DNA from: a virus
Virus record (IMG/VR): IMGVR_UViG_3300042890_006166
Location: 32,001 to 96,000 of that record
DNA: 64,000 bases
Direction: 5' to 3' (one strand)
This document shows, one piece after another, positions 25,426-34,040 of this stretch. Positions within the stretch are counted from its first letter, which is position 1. The number at the start of each line of letters is the position of its first letter. The notes under the pieces were generated by a model. It ran no database searches, was not told where the DNA came from, and saw only the letters and a list, made by a program, of their open reading frames with translations. Made by a program: the position numbers and the translations under genes.

Positions 25426-27459
25426 ATGATGATGGAAGATTTACCTTTTATGAATGAGAATCTGGTGTTTATCTTGGAGAAGCAAGGTCATCACGTTGAG
25501 GCTTCTAAAGACTCAGATGGCTACACTTTAAAAGGTATTGCAGCACAGTTCGGGAAAGAAAACAATAACAACAGAATTTACGAAGAAAGTGAATATCTCC
25601 CACATTTGGATTACCTGAATGATAAGATCAAACAAAAGAGATTGGTTGGAGAGTTGGATCATCCTGAAAAATTTGATGTCTCTTTGAAGAATATCTCTCA
25701 TATCATCGAGGATCTCCAATACGACAAAAGCGGAAGAGTACTTAAAATCACGGTAAAATTGCTTGACACTCCTGCTGGCCAAATAGCCAAGAAATTGGTT
25801 GATGCAGGCATTCCACTTTCTATTTCTTCTCGTGCAGCTGGAAATGTTGGCCCAGATAAGAAAGTTCAAATTAAAAAAATCTTCACTTATGATCTTGTAG
25901 CAGATCCAGGTTTTCAGGATGCTCAATTAGAAAGAGTATACGAAAGCGCTGGTTTTACATTCTCTGATTTTTCGAATCGGAACAAAAATTCAGTTGTTCA
26001 CGATCTAAAATGTCTCAACGAGTCTTTAGGTATCAAAAATGATTCGGGAGTGATGATATATAAGGTTGACGATAATGAAGAATTTAAAAAAATACTCAAA
26101 TCAGACAAAAATAAAAATAACATCATGGAGTCCAGAAAAGAATATGTAACGAGTGAAGAACTCAACAATTATTCCATTTTCTTAAAGAAAAAAATGGATG
26201 AGCTCGAGTCTCAAATCCGCGAGGCTAAGACCACTCAGAATTTGGTAGAAAGCTCAGATTCTTATACAAAACAACTCGAGGAAAGAGTAGATCGTCTAGA
26301 AAAATACTGCGAGTATTTGGCAGAAAATCTGGAAGCATCTATCAAGTATGGCGAATACGTTGCAGAGAATTTGGACAACTCCATTACTTACAGCAAATAT
26401 CTCGCAGAGAATCTTGACAAGAATATCTCCTATTCTAAATACCTCGCAGAGAACGTTGACAAGTCAATTTTGTATTCCGAGTATGTGGCAGAGAACGTGG
26501 ATAAAGGTATTAACTACTCTAAATATCTCGCAGAAAAATTGGATGACACCATTCAATATTCCGAATATCTTGCAGAGAATGTGGATCACACTATTGCCTA
26601 CTCAGAATATCTGGCAGAAAATGTAGACAGAAATATTTCTTATTCTGAATATCTCGCAGAGAAGTTAGATAGAAACATTTCTTATGCTGAATATCTCGCG
26701 GAGAATTTGGACAAAGGTATTGCCTACTCAGAATATCTTGGTGAAAACCTTGATAAAGGTATTGCCTACTCAGAATATATTGGCGAAAAATTAGAACAAG
26801 GAATTTCTTATTCCGAATATTTGGCAGAAAATGTAAACAGAACAATTTCTTATTCTGAATACATAGCCGAAAAATTAAATGGCACGATTTCGTACACCGA
26901 GTCTTTGTCTGAAAGCGTAGGATATCAACCAGTGGTTGAAAAAGACGCACGGAGACAGGCAGAAGTCGCCTCAAGAACTGAATTAGCGGAGTCTGGGTTT
27001 GCAGGAGATTATACAAATCTTGGCAAACAAATTGATTTCCTAATTGAGTCGGTCCAAACCCAAAAGACCGAAAATGATCAAAGAAAGGCTGAAAGCAAAT
27101 GGCAGCCTACTGCTCAAACACAAAAAGCAGAACAAGTTCTCAACGAGAATGCAGACGCCAAACCAACATCTGGCCACAAGTTCATCGACGAGATGCCAAC
27201 AGAGTATGCTCCGATTTGGGAGTCATTGAGCGAAGGACATAAGCAATCAATTATTGCCCAGTCTATTTTCCACAATCTCAATACACCTTATCAGATCAGA
27301 AATTTCTGGTCAACCCGTCAATTTGGACCTAAGCCTCTGGCTATGCAAAAATTGCAAGAGAACGAAAACATATCAGAGTCTTCAAACAGTCAGGCAACCG
27401 CTGCTTACAGCAACGATTATCTGAGCTGGGTGGCTAAGTCACTAGAAGGCAAATTCTAA
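25426..27459 (+). CDS. gp21: Prohead protease (T4 gp21-like) fused to a repeat-rich scaffold/core domain
   Basis: N.NNRIY, GELDHP, SH.I, TP.GQIA..L, ISSRAAG (catalytic Ser), YDLVADPGF; followed by a 14-aa-repeat coiled coil; directly upstream of the MCP. Confidence 0.9.
   Translation: MMMEDLPFMNENLVFILEKQGHHVEASKDSDGYTLKGIAAQFGKENNNNRIYEESEYLPHLDYLNDKIKQKRLVGELDHPEKFDVSLKNISHIIEDLQYDKSGRVLKITVKLLDTPAGQIAKKLVDAGIPLSISSRAAGNVGPDKKVQIKKIFTYDLVADPGFQDAQLERVYESAGFTFSDFSNRNKNSVVHDLKCLNESLGIKNDSGVMIYKVDDNEEFKKILKSDKNKNNIMESRKEYVTSEELNNYSIFLKKKMDELESQIREAKTTQNLVESSDSYTKQLEERVDRLEKYCEYLAENLEASIKYGEYVAENLDNSITYSKYLAENLDKNISYSKYLAENVDKSILYSEYVAENVDKGINYSKYLAEKLDDTIQYSEYLAENVDHTIAYSEYLAENVDRNISYSEYLAEKLDRNISYAEYLAENLDKGIAYSEYLGENLDKGIAYSEYIGEKLEQGISYSEYLAENVNRTISYSEYIAEKLNGTISYTESLSESVGYQPVVEKDARRQAEVASRTELAESGFAGDYTNLGKQIDFLIESVQTQKTENDQRKAESKWQPTAQTQKAEQVLNENADAKPTSGHKFIDEMPTEYAPIWESLSEGHKQSIIAQSIFHNLNTPYQIRNFWSTRQFGPKPLAMQKLQENENISESSNSQATAAYSNDYLSWVAKSLEGKF
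26055..26062 (+). promoter_or_regulatory. Internal late promoter GATATATA inside the protease gene
   Basis: Exact motif at the protease/scaffold junction, 62 nt before the in-frame ATG at 26125. Confidence 0.6.
26125..27459 (+). CDS. Nested in-frame scaffold/prohead core protein (gp22-like role)
   Basis: In-frame ATG (MESRKEY) preceded by AAAAATAAAAATAACATC, the same A-rich leader style as other starts, with an upstream late promoter. Confidence 0.55.
   Translation: MESRKEYVTSEELNNYSIFLKKKMDELESQIREAKTTQNLVESSDSYTKQLEERVDRLEKYCEYLAENLEASIKYGEYVAENLDNSITYSKYLAENLDKNISYSKYLAENVDKSILYSEYVAENVDKGINYSKYLAEKLDDTIQYSEYLAENVDHTIAYSEYLAENVDRNISYSEYLAEKLDRNISYAEYLAENLDKGIAYSEYLGENLDKGIAYSEYIGEKLEQGISYSEYLAENVNRTISYSEYIAEKLNGTISYTESLSESVGYQPVVEKDARRQAEVASRTELAESGFAGDYTNLGKQIDFLIESVQTQKTENDQRKAESKWQPTAQTQKAEQVLNENADAKPTSGHKFIDEMPTEYAPIWESLSEGHKQSIIAQSIFHNLNTPYQIRNFWSTRQFGPKPLAMQKLQENENISESSNSQATAAYSNDYLSWVAKSLEGKF
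26311..26898 (+). repeat. 14 x 42-bp coding tandem repeat ((E/K)YLAENLDKxIxYS)
   Basis: 14 consecutive 14-aa units seen in the translation, synonymously diverged at DNA level. Confidence 0.95.
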
Positions 27460-27484
27460 AAAAACAAAAAAAATCTCTAAAAAA

Positions 27485-29212
27485 ATGAAACTAATTAACG
27501 AAGCTGAGATCTTCGATACCTGGTCGCCTATCATCGAACAGAAAGCTGGTATCACTGATCCTTCTAAAAAAGCGTGGTTGTCTAAATACTGCCACTATCA
27601 CTCCCTCAACGAATCTGCCGGTGCATACCAGTCGTTGAACGTTGTCAACGGCATGGGTCCCGTTGCACCTCCTGTCTTTCCTGGAGCAACACAAGCTACT
27701 TCGGTTGGTGGTTACGGTCCTAACCAAGGATTCTACAGCCAATCTTGGCAAGGTTCTGGCGATAAGTTTCCTTCACTTCTTCCTTTGGCTATTCAGGTAG
27801 CTGCGAAGACTGTAGGTTTCGATATCGTTCCAGTTATTCCTATGTCAGGTCCTTCTGGCGTTTTGTCTTACCTCGACTACGTGTATGCCGGTGGTAAACT
27901 CAGTCCTCAATCCGTAGGTACTACCGCAGCCGATGCTTTGGCCGCTGCTCCTGCAATGATCAAATTGCAAATCACCACCCAGACAGACATGTCTTTACTA
28001 GTAGTAGGACCAGGCACACCAGGTACTACGTATTACATTACTAACGCTACATCAGCAGGTGCTTATATCTCTGCTAGGTTTGTTGGTCTTTCTAGGATTG
28101 ACGGCTTCCCGATCTTCGAAATTATCGGAATTACAGAAGGCGAATCTGTTGCTTCCGTTGTTAATGGGGGTGCAACTAAAGTTGGTACTTCAATCAACGG
28201 AGCTGAAGTTGGTACTACCACATCTACTGCTTCTTTGGTTAAAGCTTTGGAAGATCATATCCAAGGTTTCTCTGGAGCTGGTTTCTATGACGACCAGAAC
28301 TGGCAGGGTCCTTTCGTAGATGGTACGAGGACTTACAATCCAATGCTTAGAGGCGTAGGTGAAGAAAACTACTACAACTTGATGGGTCTTTCGACCTTCA
28401 CGAAGTTCGTAGAAGCTGACACCTTCCAGGTAGCTGCTTCCGTCACTACGGAGCAAATCCAGGACCTTAACAAGCAGTTCGGTATCGACGTCATTTCTAT
28501 GATCGAGAACGCACTGGTTAATGAGGTTTCTCAGGCGATTAACAAGCACATTCTGGCCAGAGCTTTTGCTCTCGGTTGGTCTAACTGTTATGACTTCAAC
28601 ACAGTTGAAGGTCAAAACCTGAACCTGAATTTGGTTCTTGGTGGACTTGCTGGTTCTTACACCATTCCTTCCTATGTTGGAAAAACAGACCAGCCTTTGA
28701 CTATGACTGGTACCGCAGGTCCTGCAAATGGTGGATATGAAAACTTGTCAACTCTACAGAGAAGACTTTTCTCCCGTATCCTTGCAGCCGCTAACGTGGT
28801 AGCAAACAGAGGTAGAAGGGGTCCTGCTAACTTCATCGTCACCAATGCAAACTTGGCTTCGGCGATGCAAGATATCAGCCAATTCACCTTTGCTCCTTTC
28901 ACCAATACCTTGACTCAGAACAACGGTACTTTGTACCCAGTTGGATCTTTGGCCGGTATGACCGTGTATGTGGATCAAAACATGAGGTACAACGACACCA
29001 GAATCCTCGTTGGAAGAAAAGGTGGTGATGATGAGCCAGGTCTCAAATTCATGCCTTACATGATGGCAGAATCGATTCAGACAATCTCTGAAGGTACAAT
29101 GTCACCTAAAATCGCAGTTAAGTCTCGTTACTCTCTAGTAGAAGCTGGTTTCCACCCAGAAACCATGTATCTCTGCTTCAATGTTAACCTGCCTACTGGC
29201 GGTCTGGTTTAA
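27485..29212 (+). CDS. gp23: Major capsid protein (T4 gp23-like)
   Basis: VIPMSGPSG.L.YLDY.Y, VTTEQIQDL..QFGID, E..Q.INK.I, RRG.ANF.V, G.L.G..VY.D, FMPY, KSRY; N-terminal LNE-type cleavage sites; strong terminator follows. Confidence 0.93.
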   Translation: MKLINEAEIFDTWSPIIEQKAGITDPSKKAWLSKYCHYHSLNESAGAYQSLNVVNGMGPVAPPVFPGATQATSVGGYGPNQGFYSQSWQGSGDKFPSLLPLAIQVAAKTVGFDIVPVIPMSGPSGVLSYLDYVYAGGKLSPQSVGTTAADALAAAPAMIKLQITTQTDMSLLVVGPGTPGTTYYITNATSAGAYISARFVGLSRIDGFPIFEIIGITEGESVASVVNGGATKVGTSINGAEVGTTTSTASLVKALEDHIQGFSGAGFYDDQNWQGPFVDGTRTYNPMLRGVGEENYYNLMGLSTFTKFVEADTFQVAASVTTEQIQDLNKQFGIDVISMIENALVNEVSQAINKHILARAFALGWSNCYDFNTVEGQNLNLNLVLGGLAGSYTIPSYVGKTDQPLTMTGTAGPANGGYENLSTLQRRLFSRILAAANVVANRGRRGPANFIVTNANLASAMQDISQFTFAPFTNTLTQNNGTLYPVGSLAGMTVYVDQNMRYNDTRILVGRKGGDDEPGLKFMPYMMAESIQTISEGTMSPKIAVKSRYSLVEAGFHPETMYLCFNVNLPTGGLV

Positions 29213-29233
29213 TCCTAACCAGATAACAACAAG

Positions 29234-29262
29234 AACCCCAGGCTTCGGTCTGGGGTTTTTTG
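29234..29262 (+). terminator. Rho-independent terminator with cUUCGg tetraloop after the MCP gene
   Basis: AACCCCAGGC-TTCG-GTCTGGGGTT followed by a T-tract. Confidence 0.92.
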
Positions 29263-29275
29263 TTTGTGAAGAAAA

Positions 29276-29283
29276 GATATATA
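29276..29283 (+). promoter_or_regulatory. Putative late promoter GATATATA
   Basis: Just after the MCP terminator, 21 nt before the ATG at 29305. Confidence 0.75.
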
Positions 29284-29304
29284 GATAAAAATAAAACCCA
29301 AGTC

Positions 29305-29886
29305 ATGTCAAAAGTAAAGGATTTTAATTCCTATATAGATTTACAATTTGGCTCAAAATCCAACGATTCTCACCTCAAAGAAGGGTTTATGGATTCTTTA
29401 GCAAATGCAATAGATTCAATAATGCCTTATTCTAAGACCAAAACAATTAATTATATAGTAGATAATATTTTGGAATATGAAAAAGATTTGCTTCAAGCAA
29501 AATATGATTTGAAAAAAACTTTGCGTAATATGGATCTTAAGTTGAAAGGTATTCGTGATAGAACACCAATCAATCAAGATGCAGTCGAATCAATCAAAGA
29601 ACAAATTGAAGCGAAGAAAAATGAATATAAAGCTATGGTTAAATCAAAATCTACAGCAATTGAAAAAGCGAAAGAATTATTAAGAAAAGAGGGAGCGAAA
29701 TCTCCACGTTTAAAAGAAGTTATAAAAGCAAAAATGGCTGAGTTAGAAATTGATTTAGCTGAATTTGAATATGATTTGGCTAAAAAAATTTCTGCAGAAG
29801 CTTCAGAAATTGAAAATCTAAAAGATGCTTTAGATCAGGCAAAGAAAGAAGCACAGGAAATGATAAATAAATTGACTACCCCTTAA
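29305..29886 (+). CDS. Coiled-coil putative internal head protein (paralog of 29901..30809)
   Basis: Start placed at ATG 29305; N-terminal VKDFNSY...LKEG motif; K/E-rich heptads. Confidence 0.65.
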   Translation: MSKVKDFNSYIDLQFGSKSNDSHLKEGFMDSLANAIDSIMPYSKTKTINYIVDNILEYEKDLLQAKYDLKKTLRNMDLKLKGIRDRTPINQDAVESIKEQIEAKKNEYKAMVKSKSTAIEKAKELLRKEGAKSPRLKEVIKAKMAELEIDLAEFEYDLAKKISAEASEIENLKDALDQAKKEAQEMINKLTTP

Positions 29887-29900
29887 AATAAACACAAAAT

Positions 29901-30809
29901 ATGGTTTATAATTTTAAACAATGGGACCTTCACAATTCATTGAATGAAGGAAACTCAATGAAAGATATTTTAAATTGGTTTGGAAACTTTTTTGGTGGAA
30001 AAACAAGTAAGATTGATTCATATTTGGAAGACATTATCCAAATAGAAGAAGATTACACAAAAGAATGGGATAAAATTGCTACCGAGATAGATGCTCTTCA
30101 GGTACAAAAGGCCCAAATTACAAACGATCCAGCGGAATCTAGAAAGTTGGATCGTATGATTGATAGGAACGAAAAACTACTTCAGTCTATGTTAGTTAAG
30201 AAAAATTCATCTATTTCTGATATAGAGGAAAAGGTTAGAAAAATTGTGGAAAAAAATTCTAAATTAGTCTCTTATTGGAATTTGAAGAAAAGCAGGGCAG
30301 AAAAAGAAATTGCTGAACGCTTATATGATGTGGCAAAAAAACTTACCAACACAGATCTAGGAGAAGAACTATATGATAAGTACAAAAAGGCTGCTTTGAT
30401 TGCCAAAGAAAAAGATGAGGATTTCAGAAAAAAATATGGCGAGATGAAATTGCCAACCGAAGAATTCGTTAAGTCTTCTTCTGTAAAAATGTCTAAAAAT
30501 TACGGTCCTTCTAAAATTGCCAAATCTACTCTCAATAAAATTTTGGGTTATTCTGGAACTGAATTTGAAAAATACGCACAAGAATTAGGTAAAGAAAACA
30601 CAAAAGATCTAATAAGAGAATTGACACGGGTTAAAAATGAAATGTGTGCTATTAGAGATCTAGATGTGGAAAGATTAGAAGCAGACGCGGCTAAAATTGG
30701 TATGAGCGATGCTCAGCTTAAAAGAGAAATTAGAGACTTGAAAACAAAGCATACCGACAAAATAGGTGACGTCAGAACGAAAATAACAATAGCCAGAAGA
30801 TATGACTAA
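29901..30809 (+). CDS. Coiled-coil putative internal head protein
   Basis: N-terminal VYNFKQW...LNEG; helical pattern collinear with the preceding ORF. Confidence 0.65.
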   Translation: MVYNFKQWDLHNSLNEGNSMKDILNWFGNFFGGKTSKIDSYLEDIIQIEEDYTKEWDKIATEIDALQVQKAQITNDPAESRKLDRMIDRNEKLLQSMLVKKNSSISDIEEKVRKIVEKNSKLVSYWNLKKSRAEKEIAERLYDVAKKLTNTDLGEELYDKYKKAALIAKEKDEDFRKKYGEMKLPTEEFVKSSSVKMSKNYGPSKIAKSTLNKILGYSGTEFEKYAQELGKENTKDLIRELTRVKNEMCAIRDLDVERLEADAAKIGMSDAQLKREIRDLKTKHTDKIGDVRTKITIARRYD

Positions 30810-31071
30810 AATTATTTTAAATCTTGGGGATTTCCCTTTGAACGAGGATGTTAATTCAGATTTAGTAAATGCTAAGAAGGCGGTGAATGATCAATTGCAA
30901 GCCATTAGGGACGAAATCCAAAATGAAAAGAATCAATCAGAGGTAGCTCAAAAAACTGCCAGTTTAAAAAAACAAGCGACTCTATATGCTGCATTACCTG
31001 CTATGCTGAATAAACTGGCAACATCAATGGAAGCTAAAGAAAAATCTGGAGATAAAACAAACATATACTAA
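30802..31071 (+). CDS. Small coiled-coil putative internal head protein
   Basis: IILNLGDFPLNED N-terminal motif; coupled to its neighbours. Confidence 0.6.
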   Translation: MTKIILNLGDFPLNEDVNSDLVNAKKAVNDQLQAIRDEIQNEKNQSEVAQKTASLKKQATLYAALPAMLNKLATSMEAKEKSGDKTNIY

Positions 31072-31073
31072 AG

Positions 31074-33533
31074 ATGAGAAATTATTTCACTCACAACCCT
31101 GCTGCAAAATCTATTATTACAGATTTTATGAAGCTTAATGAAAATGCCTCGGTGGACAATCTTCTTAAAAGAGCAACAGAGATTTGCTTAGATACATTCA
31201 AAAAAATTGTTTTTGATCTTGCCTCTCAAGAAAATCGCAACCCTGATGTTTTAAGATCCATGTTGTTGGATATTGCATCCGCCAAAACTGTCAAAAGCTT
31301 AGTTGCCAAAATCAAAGATTATGCAGGGGAGTCTGAATTGGCAGATTCTAGATTTTCTAAGGTTAAAAATATGTATATGAATGCCTTAAATTCTATGGGT
31401 GATGCATTGAAAAGATTGGTTGAAATTGATTCTAAATTAGAGGATTCTATTATTGATTCTTACAAAACTTCAGCTAATCGATTAATTTCCTCTTTGGATT
31501 CTATTGCATTAAGTTTTTCAAAAAAGAAAGCGACTAATGAATCTTCAAGTTTTGATTTTAATTCAAATTCTTTGAACGAGTCTCTCGTAGGGTTTAGCGG
31601 TAGAATCGAAAAACTAAGAAAAAAACTTGTTAATTTGATTTCTGATTCCAAAGGAAAGGATGCAAAAAATGGATATGGGAGAGACTGGCAAAGACTGTTT
31701 TCTTCACTGGAACAAAAATTAGAAGCCATTGAAGACTCCAAAGATTTAACTGGCGAGAAAGACAGAAAAACTTTGTCTGAACTAGAAAAACAAACAGATT
31801 CTCTTTCCGAAGAATATTACAATTACAAGATTAGAACTGCAGAGATGAGTATGAAAAAGATCATTGATGACGATGAACTTGTGACAAAATATTCAGATGT
31901 GAATCAAATTATTACCGATGCTTTGGACATTATAGCAAAAGCAAATGGTCAAGAGTTATTGATAGATAAAACTATCAGGGAAGAAATGGATGAGATGGAG
32001 CAGAAGGTGATTCAAAAAATTTTCCCGATAAAAATTGGAGCAAAGGACACAGACCTGAAATTTAAAAAGTCTGGTATTATCACTGCTGTACAGAAATCTT
32101 TAATGTCATCTTTCCCCTCTTTTAAAACTTTCTTACAAAAACATGGAGGGGCGGATGGTAAATACGGTAAAGCAACATCAATTGCAATCAAGTCTATCCA
32201 ATCTTTACTTGGAAATAAAAACGCAAATGGTGAATTGGATAAACCCCTTTTCGATTCTCTCCTGAAAATGGAGCAAATCTCCGGCGAAAACAAAAAAATG
32301 TTAACAAATGCTTTGGGTGTTTTGAAAAAAACATATGCTATGTCAGAATCCAAGGTTTTAGGAATAGAGAATTTCTCAAAATTATTTGAAGCCATTTTTA
32401 TCGATGATGATGATCTAGAAAGAGAAATCCAAAAAAATTCAGCAGATTTGGCTAATATGCCCGAAAATAGTTCTGCAAAAGATAAAGAAGAGAAAACATC
32501 AGAAGATTCTAAATTAGCAAAAAAATTATCAAAGCTGTTAAGAAACGGTTACAACAAAAATGCAGAAGAGGAGGATTTTTTGAAAGAAGATGGAACACTT
32601 AAGAGTTCTTATCCGAATGAATTCGTGAGTGCGTGGATTAGTACACTAGAAGAAAACTCTAGCTCATCTGATAAACCTGGCTTCTTTTGGTTCCAAGAGC
32701 CTGATGAAAAAACGGGTGCTCTTTATTCAACTAAAAGATTGGCAGGTAATTACAAAAAACCATATAATTGGGAAAAATGGAAGGAATTTTCAGGAGGGGA
32801 AACTTCACAAGAAAAAGATTCTTTCGCAAGATGGTACACGAGCTACTACACAGGGTTTGGTGGTTTAGAAGACATTCAAAAAGAAAAGGTAATTAAAGAA
32901 CTACTTGACTTCTATTCAAATCCAAAAAACTCCTCTATGGTTAATCCAAAATTGGCTGATTCTTTCAACGATTGTGCTAGTTTTTATGATGACATAAAAG
33001 ATGCAATTAAGGCAGGTAAATCTTCACCGGATTCAGATTCATATGAATACTTTAAACAGGGATATTTGACTTCTGAAGCCATGGCAAAAATCTTAGAGGC
33101 TGCTTCAACTGCTGCACAAATAGATGATGAAGAGCCAGATTTAGGATTCTATGATTTTTTGATGCTTTCGATCTGTGTATTCCTTTGTGGATCTTCCATA
33201 GCTTGGAATTCTGAAAAGAAAAAATGGGATTCAGCTTTGAATATTTTGAAGAATAAGGTATTGACAGAGGGTGTTTTAAAGAAAATCTCGGATGTTAAAG
33301 TGGTAGAAAATGATCCCAAATCGCCAATCCCATCATTGAATAAACAAGGAATAGAGATATTGACTAAGGGATATGATGGTAACTCCAAAAAAATCTTCAA
33401 AGAAAATTTAGAAAGAGCCTCTAAAGTTCTTGTTCCTTTAGTCGAAAGACATGCAGATAGAATGAATTACAAGAAGAAGGAAGACATTAAAACATTCGAC
33501 TCTAAGAATGTGTTTGTGGTTAATTTAGATTGA
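31074..33533 (+). CDS. Large putative internal head/ejection protein with a peptidoglycan-binding-like domain
   Basis: N-terminal DFMKLNE; segment VQKSL...GADGKYGKATSIAIKSIQ....NGELD resembles PG_binding_1 (DG.YG..T..A...Q). Confidence 0.6.
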   Translation: MRNYFTHNPAAKSIITDFMKLNENASVDNLLKRATEICLDTFKKIVFDLASQENRNPDVLRSMLLDIASAKTVKSLVAKIKDYAGESELADSRFSKVKNMYMNALNSMGDALKRLVEIDSKLEDSIIDSYKTSANRLISSLDSIALSFSKKKATNESSSFDFNSNSLNESLVGFSGRIEKLRKKLVNLISDSKGKDAKNGYGRDWQRLFSSLEQKLEAIEDSKDLTGEKDRKTLSELEKQTDSLSEEYYNYKIRTAEMSMKKIIDDDELVTKYSDVNQIITDALDIIAKANGQELLIDKTIREEMDEMEQKVIQKIFPIKIGAKDTDLKFKKSGIITAVQKSLMSSFPSFKTFLQKHGGADGKYGKATSIAIKSIQSLLGNKNANGELDKPLFDSLLKMEQISGENKKMLTNALGVLKKTYAMSESKVLGIENFSKLFEAIFIDDDDLEREIQKNSADLANMPENSSAKDKEEKTSEDSKLAKKLSKLLRNGYNKNAEEEDFLKEDGTLKSSYPNEFVSAWISTLEENSSSSDKPGFFWFQEPDEKTGALYSTKRLAGNYKKPYNWEKWKEFSGGETSQEKDSFARWYTSYYTGFGGLEDIQKEKVIKELLDFYSNPKNSSMVNPKLADSFNDCASFYDDIKDAIKAGKSSPDSDSYEYFKQGYLTSEAMAKILEAASTAAQIDDEEPDLGFYDFLMLSICVFLCGSSIAWNSEKKKWDSALNILKNKVLTEGVLKKISDVKVVENDPKSPIPSLNKQGIEILTKGYDGNSKKIFKENLERASKVLVPLVERHADRMNYKKKEDIKTFDSKNVFVVNLD

Positions 33534-33575
33534 TGTTAAAAATTTGATGTTTCATTCTTATTTTTAGCCCCAATC

Positions 33576-33932
33576 ATGAATAAAATACTTTTTCTCATTC
33601 TACTTACTTTTGTTTCTTGCCGGAAAGAATTGGATATAAAACCAATTGATCCAAAATATTCGAAAGATTTAGTAAACCAAGAGATAATTCAACCAGCTTT
33701 AGATCAAGCAAAAATTCTAAGCAGAGATTCTCTTTTTTATCCCTTAAATTCAAGTTTGGCCGTTTTTCATAGTCAATTCCCAAATGAATTCAGAAAATTC
33801 GAAAGTTTACGAGGGGATAAAGAAAGAGCCAATTTTTTGAAAAGGAATCATAAGTTCAGAAAAATTTGGAAGAAACTAGGTAATAATGAAAAGAAATTGA
33901 ATTCAATTAATTCTATAAAAACTTATCAATAA
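33576..33932 (+). CDS. Putative lipoprotein
   Basis: Signal peptide MNKILFLILLTFVS|C followed by RKE, a Bacteroidota-style lipobox. Confidence 0.7.
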   Translation: MNKILFLILLTFVSCRKELDIKPIDPKYSKDLVNQEIIQPALDQAKILSRDSLFYPLNSSLAVFHSQFPNEFRKFESLRGDKERANFLKRNHKFRKIWKKLGNNEKKLNSINSIKTYQ

Positions 33933-34007
33933 ATTTATAGAAATAAGATTATATCAATTGAATACACCATCAGTTTTACAATCTATTCTAAAGTGTGAAT
34001 TTTTTTC

Positions 34008-34035
34008 GAAACATTATCTTTGTGTTTTAATTAAA
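34008..34035 (+). promoter_or_regulatory. Putative middle (ECF-type) promoter GAAAC-N18-TTAAA
   Basis: Intergenic, upstream of the kinase-asnB pair. Confidence 0.4.
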
Positions 34036-34040
34036 TTCAC

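Noticed and set aside
26311-26898. Regularly spaced 42-bp repeats resembling a CRISPR array (also 47542-48105 and 63688-63996)
   Set aside because: Unit lengths are multiples of 3, variation is mostly synonymous, there are no unique spacers, and all lie in frame within proteins
29260-29304. TTG-started N-terminal extensions given by the ORF track (also 20235, 38645, 39072, 51923, 1798)
   Set aside because: The extensions run through promoter motifs, terminators or upstream genes; downstream ATG/GTG codons with A-rich leaders are better starts
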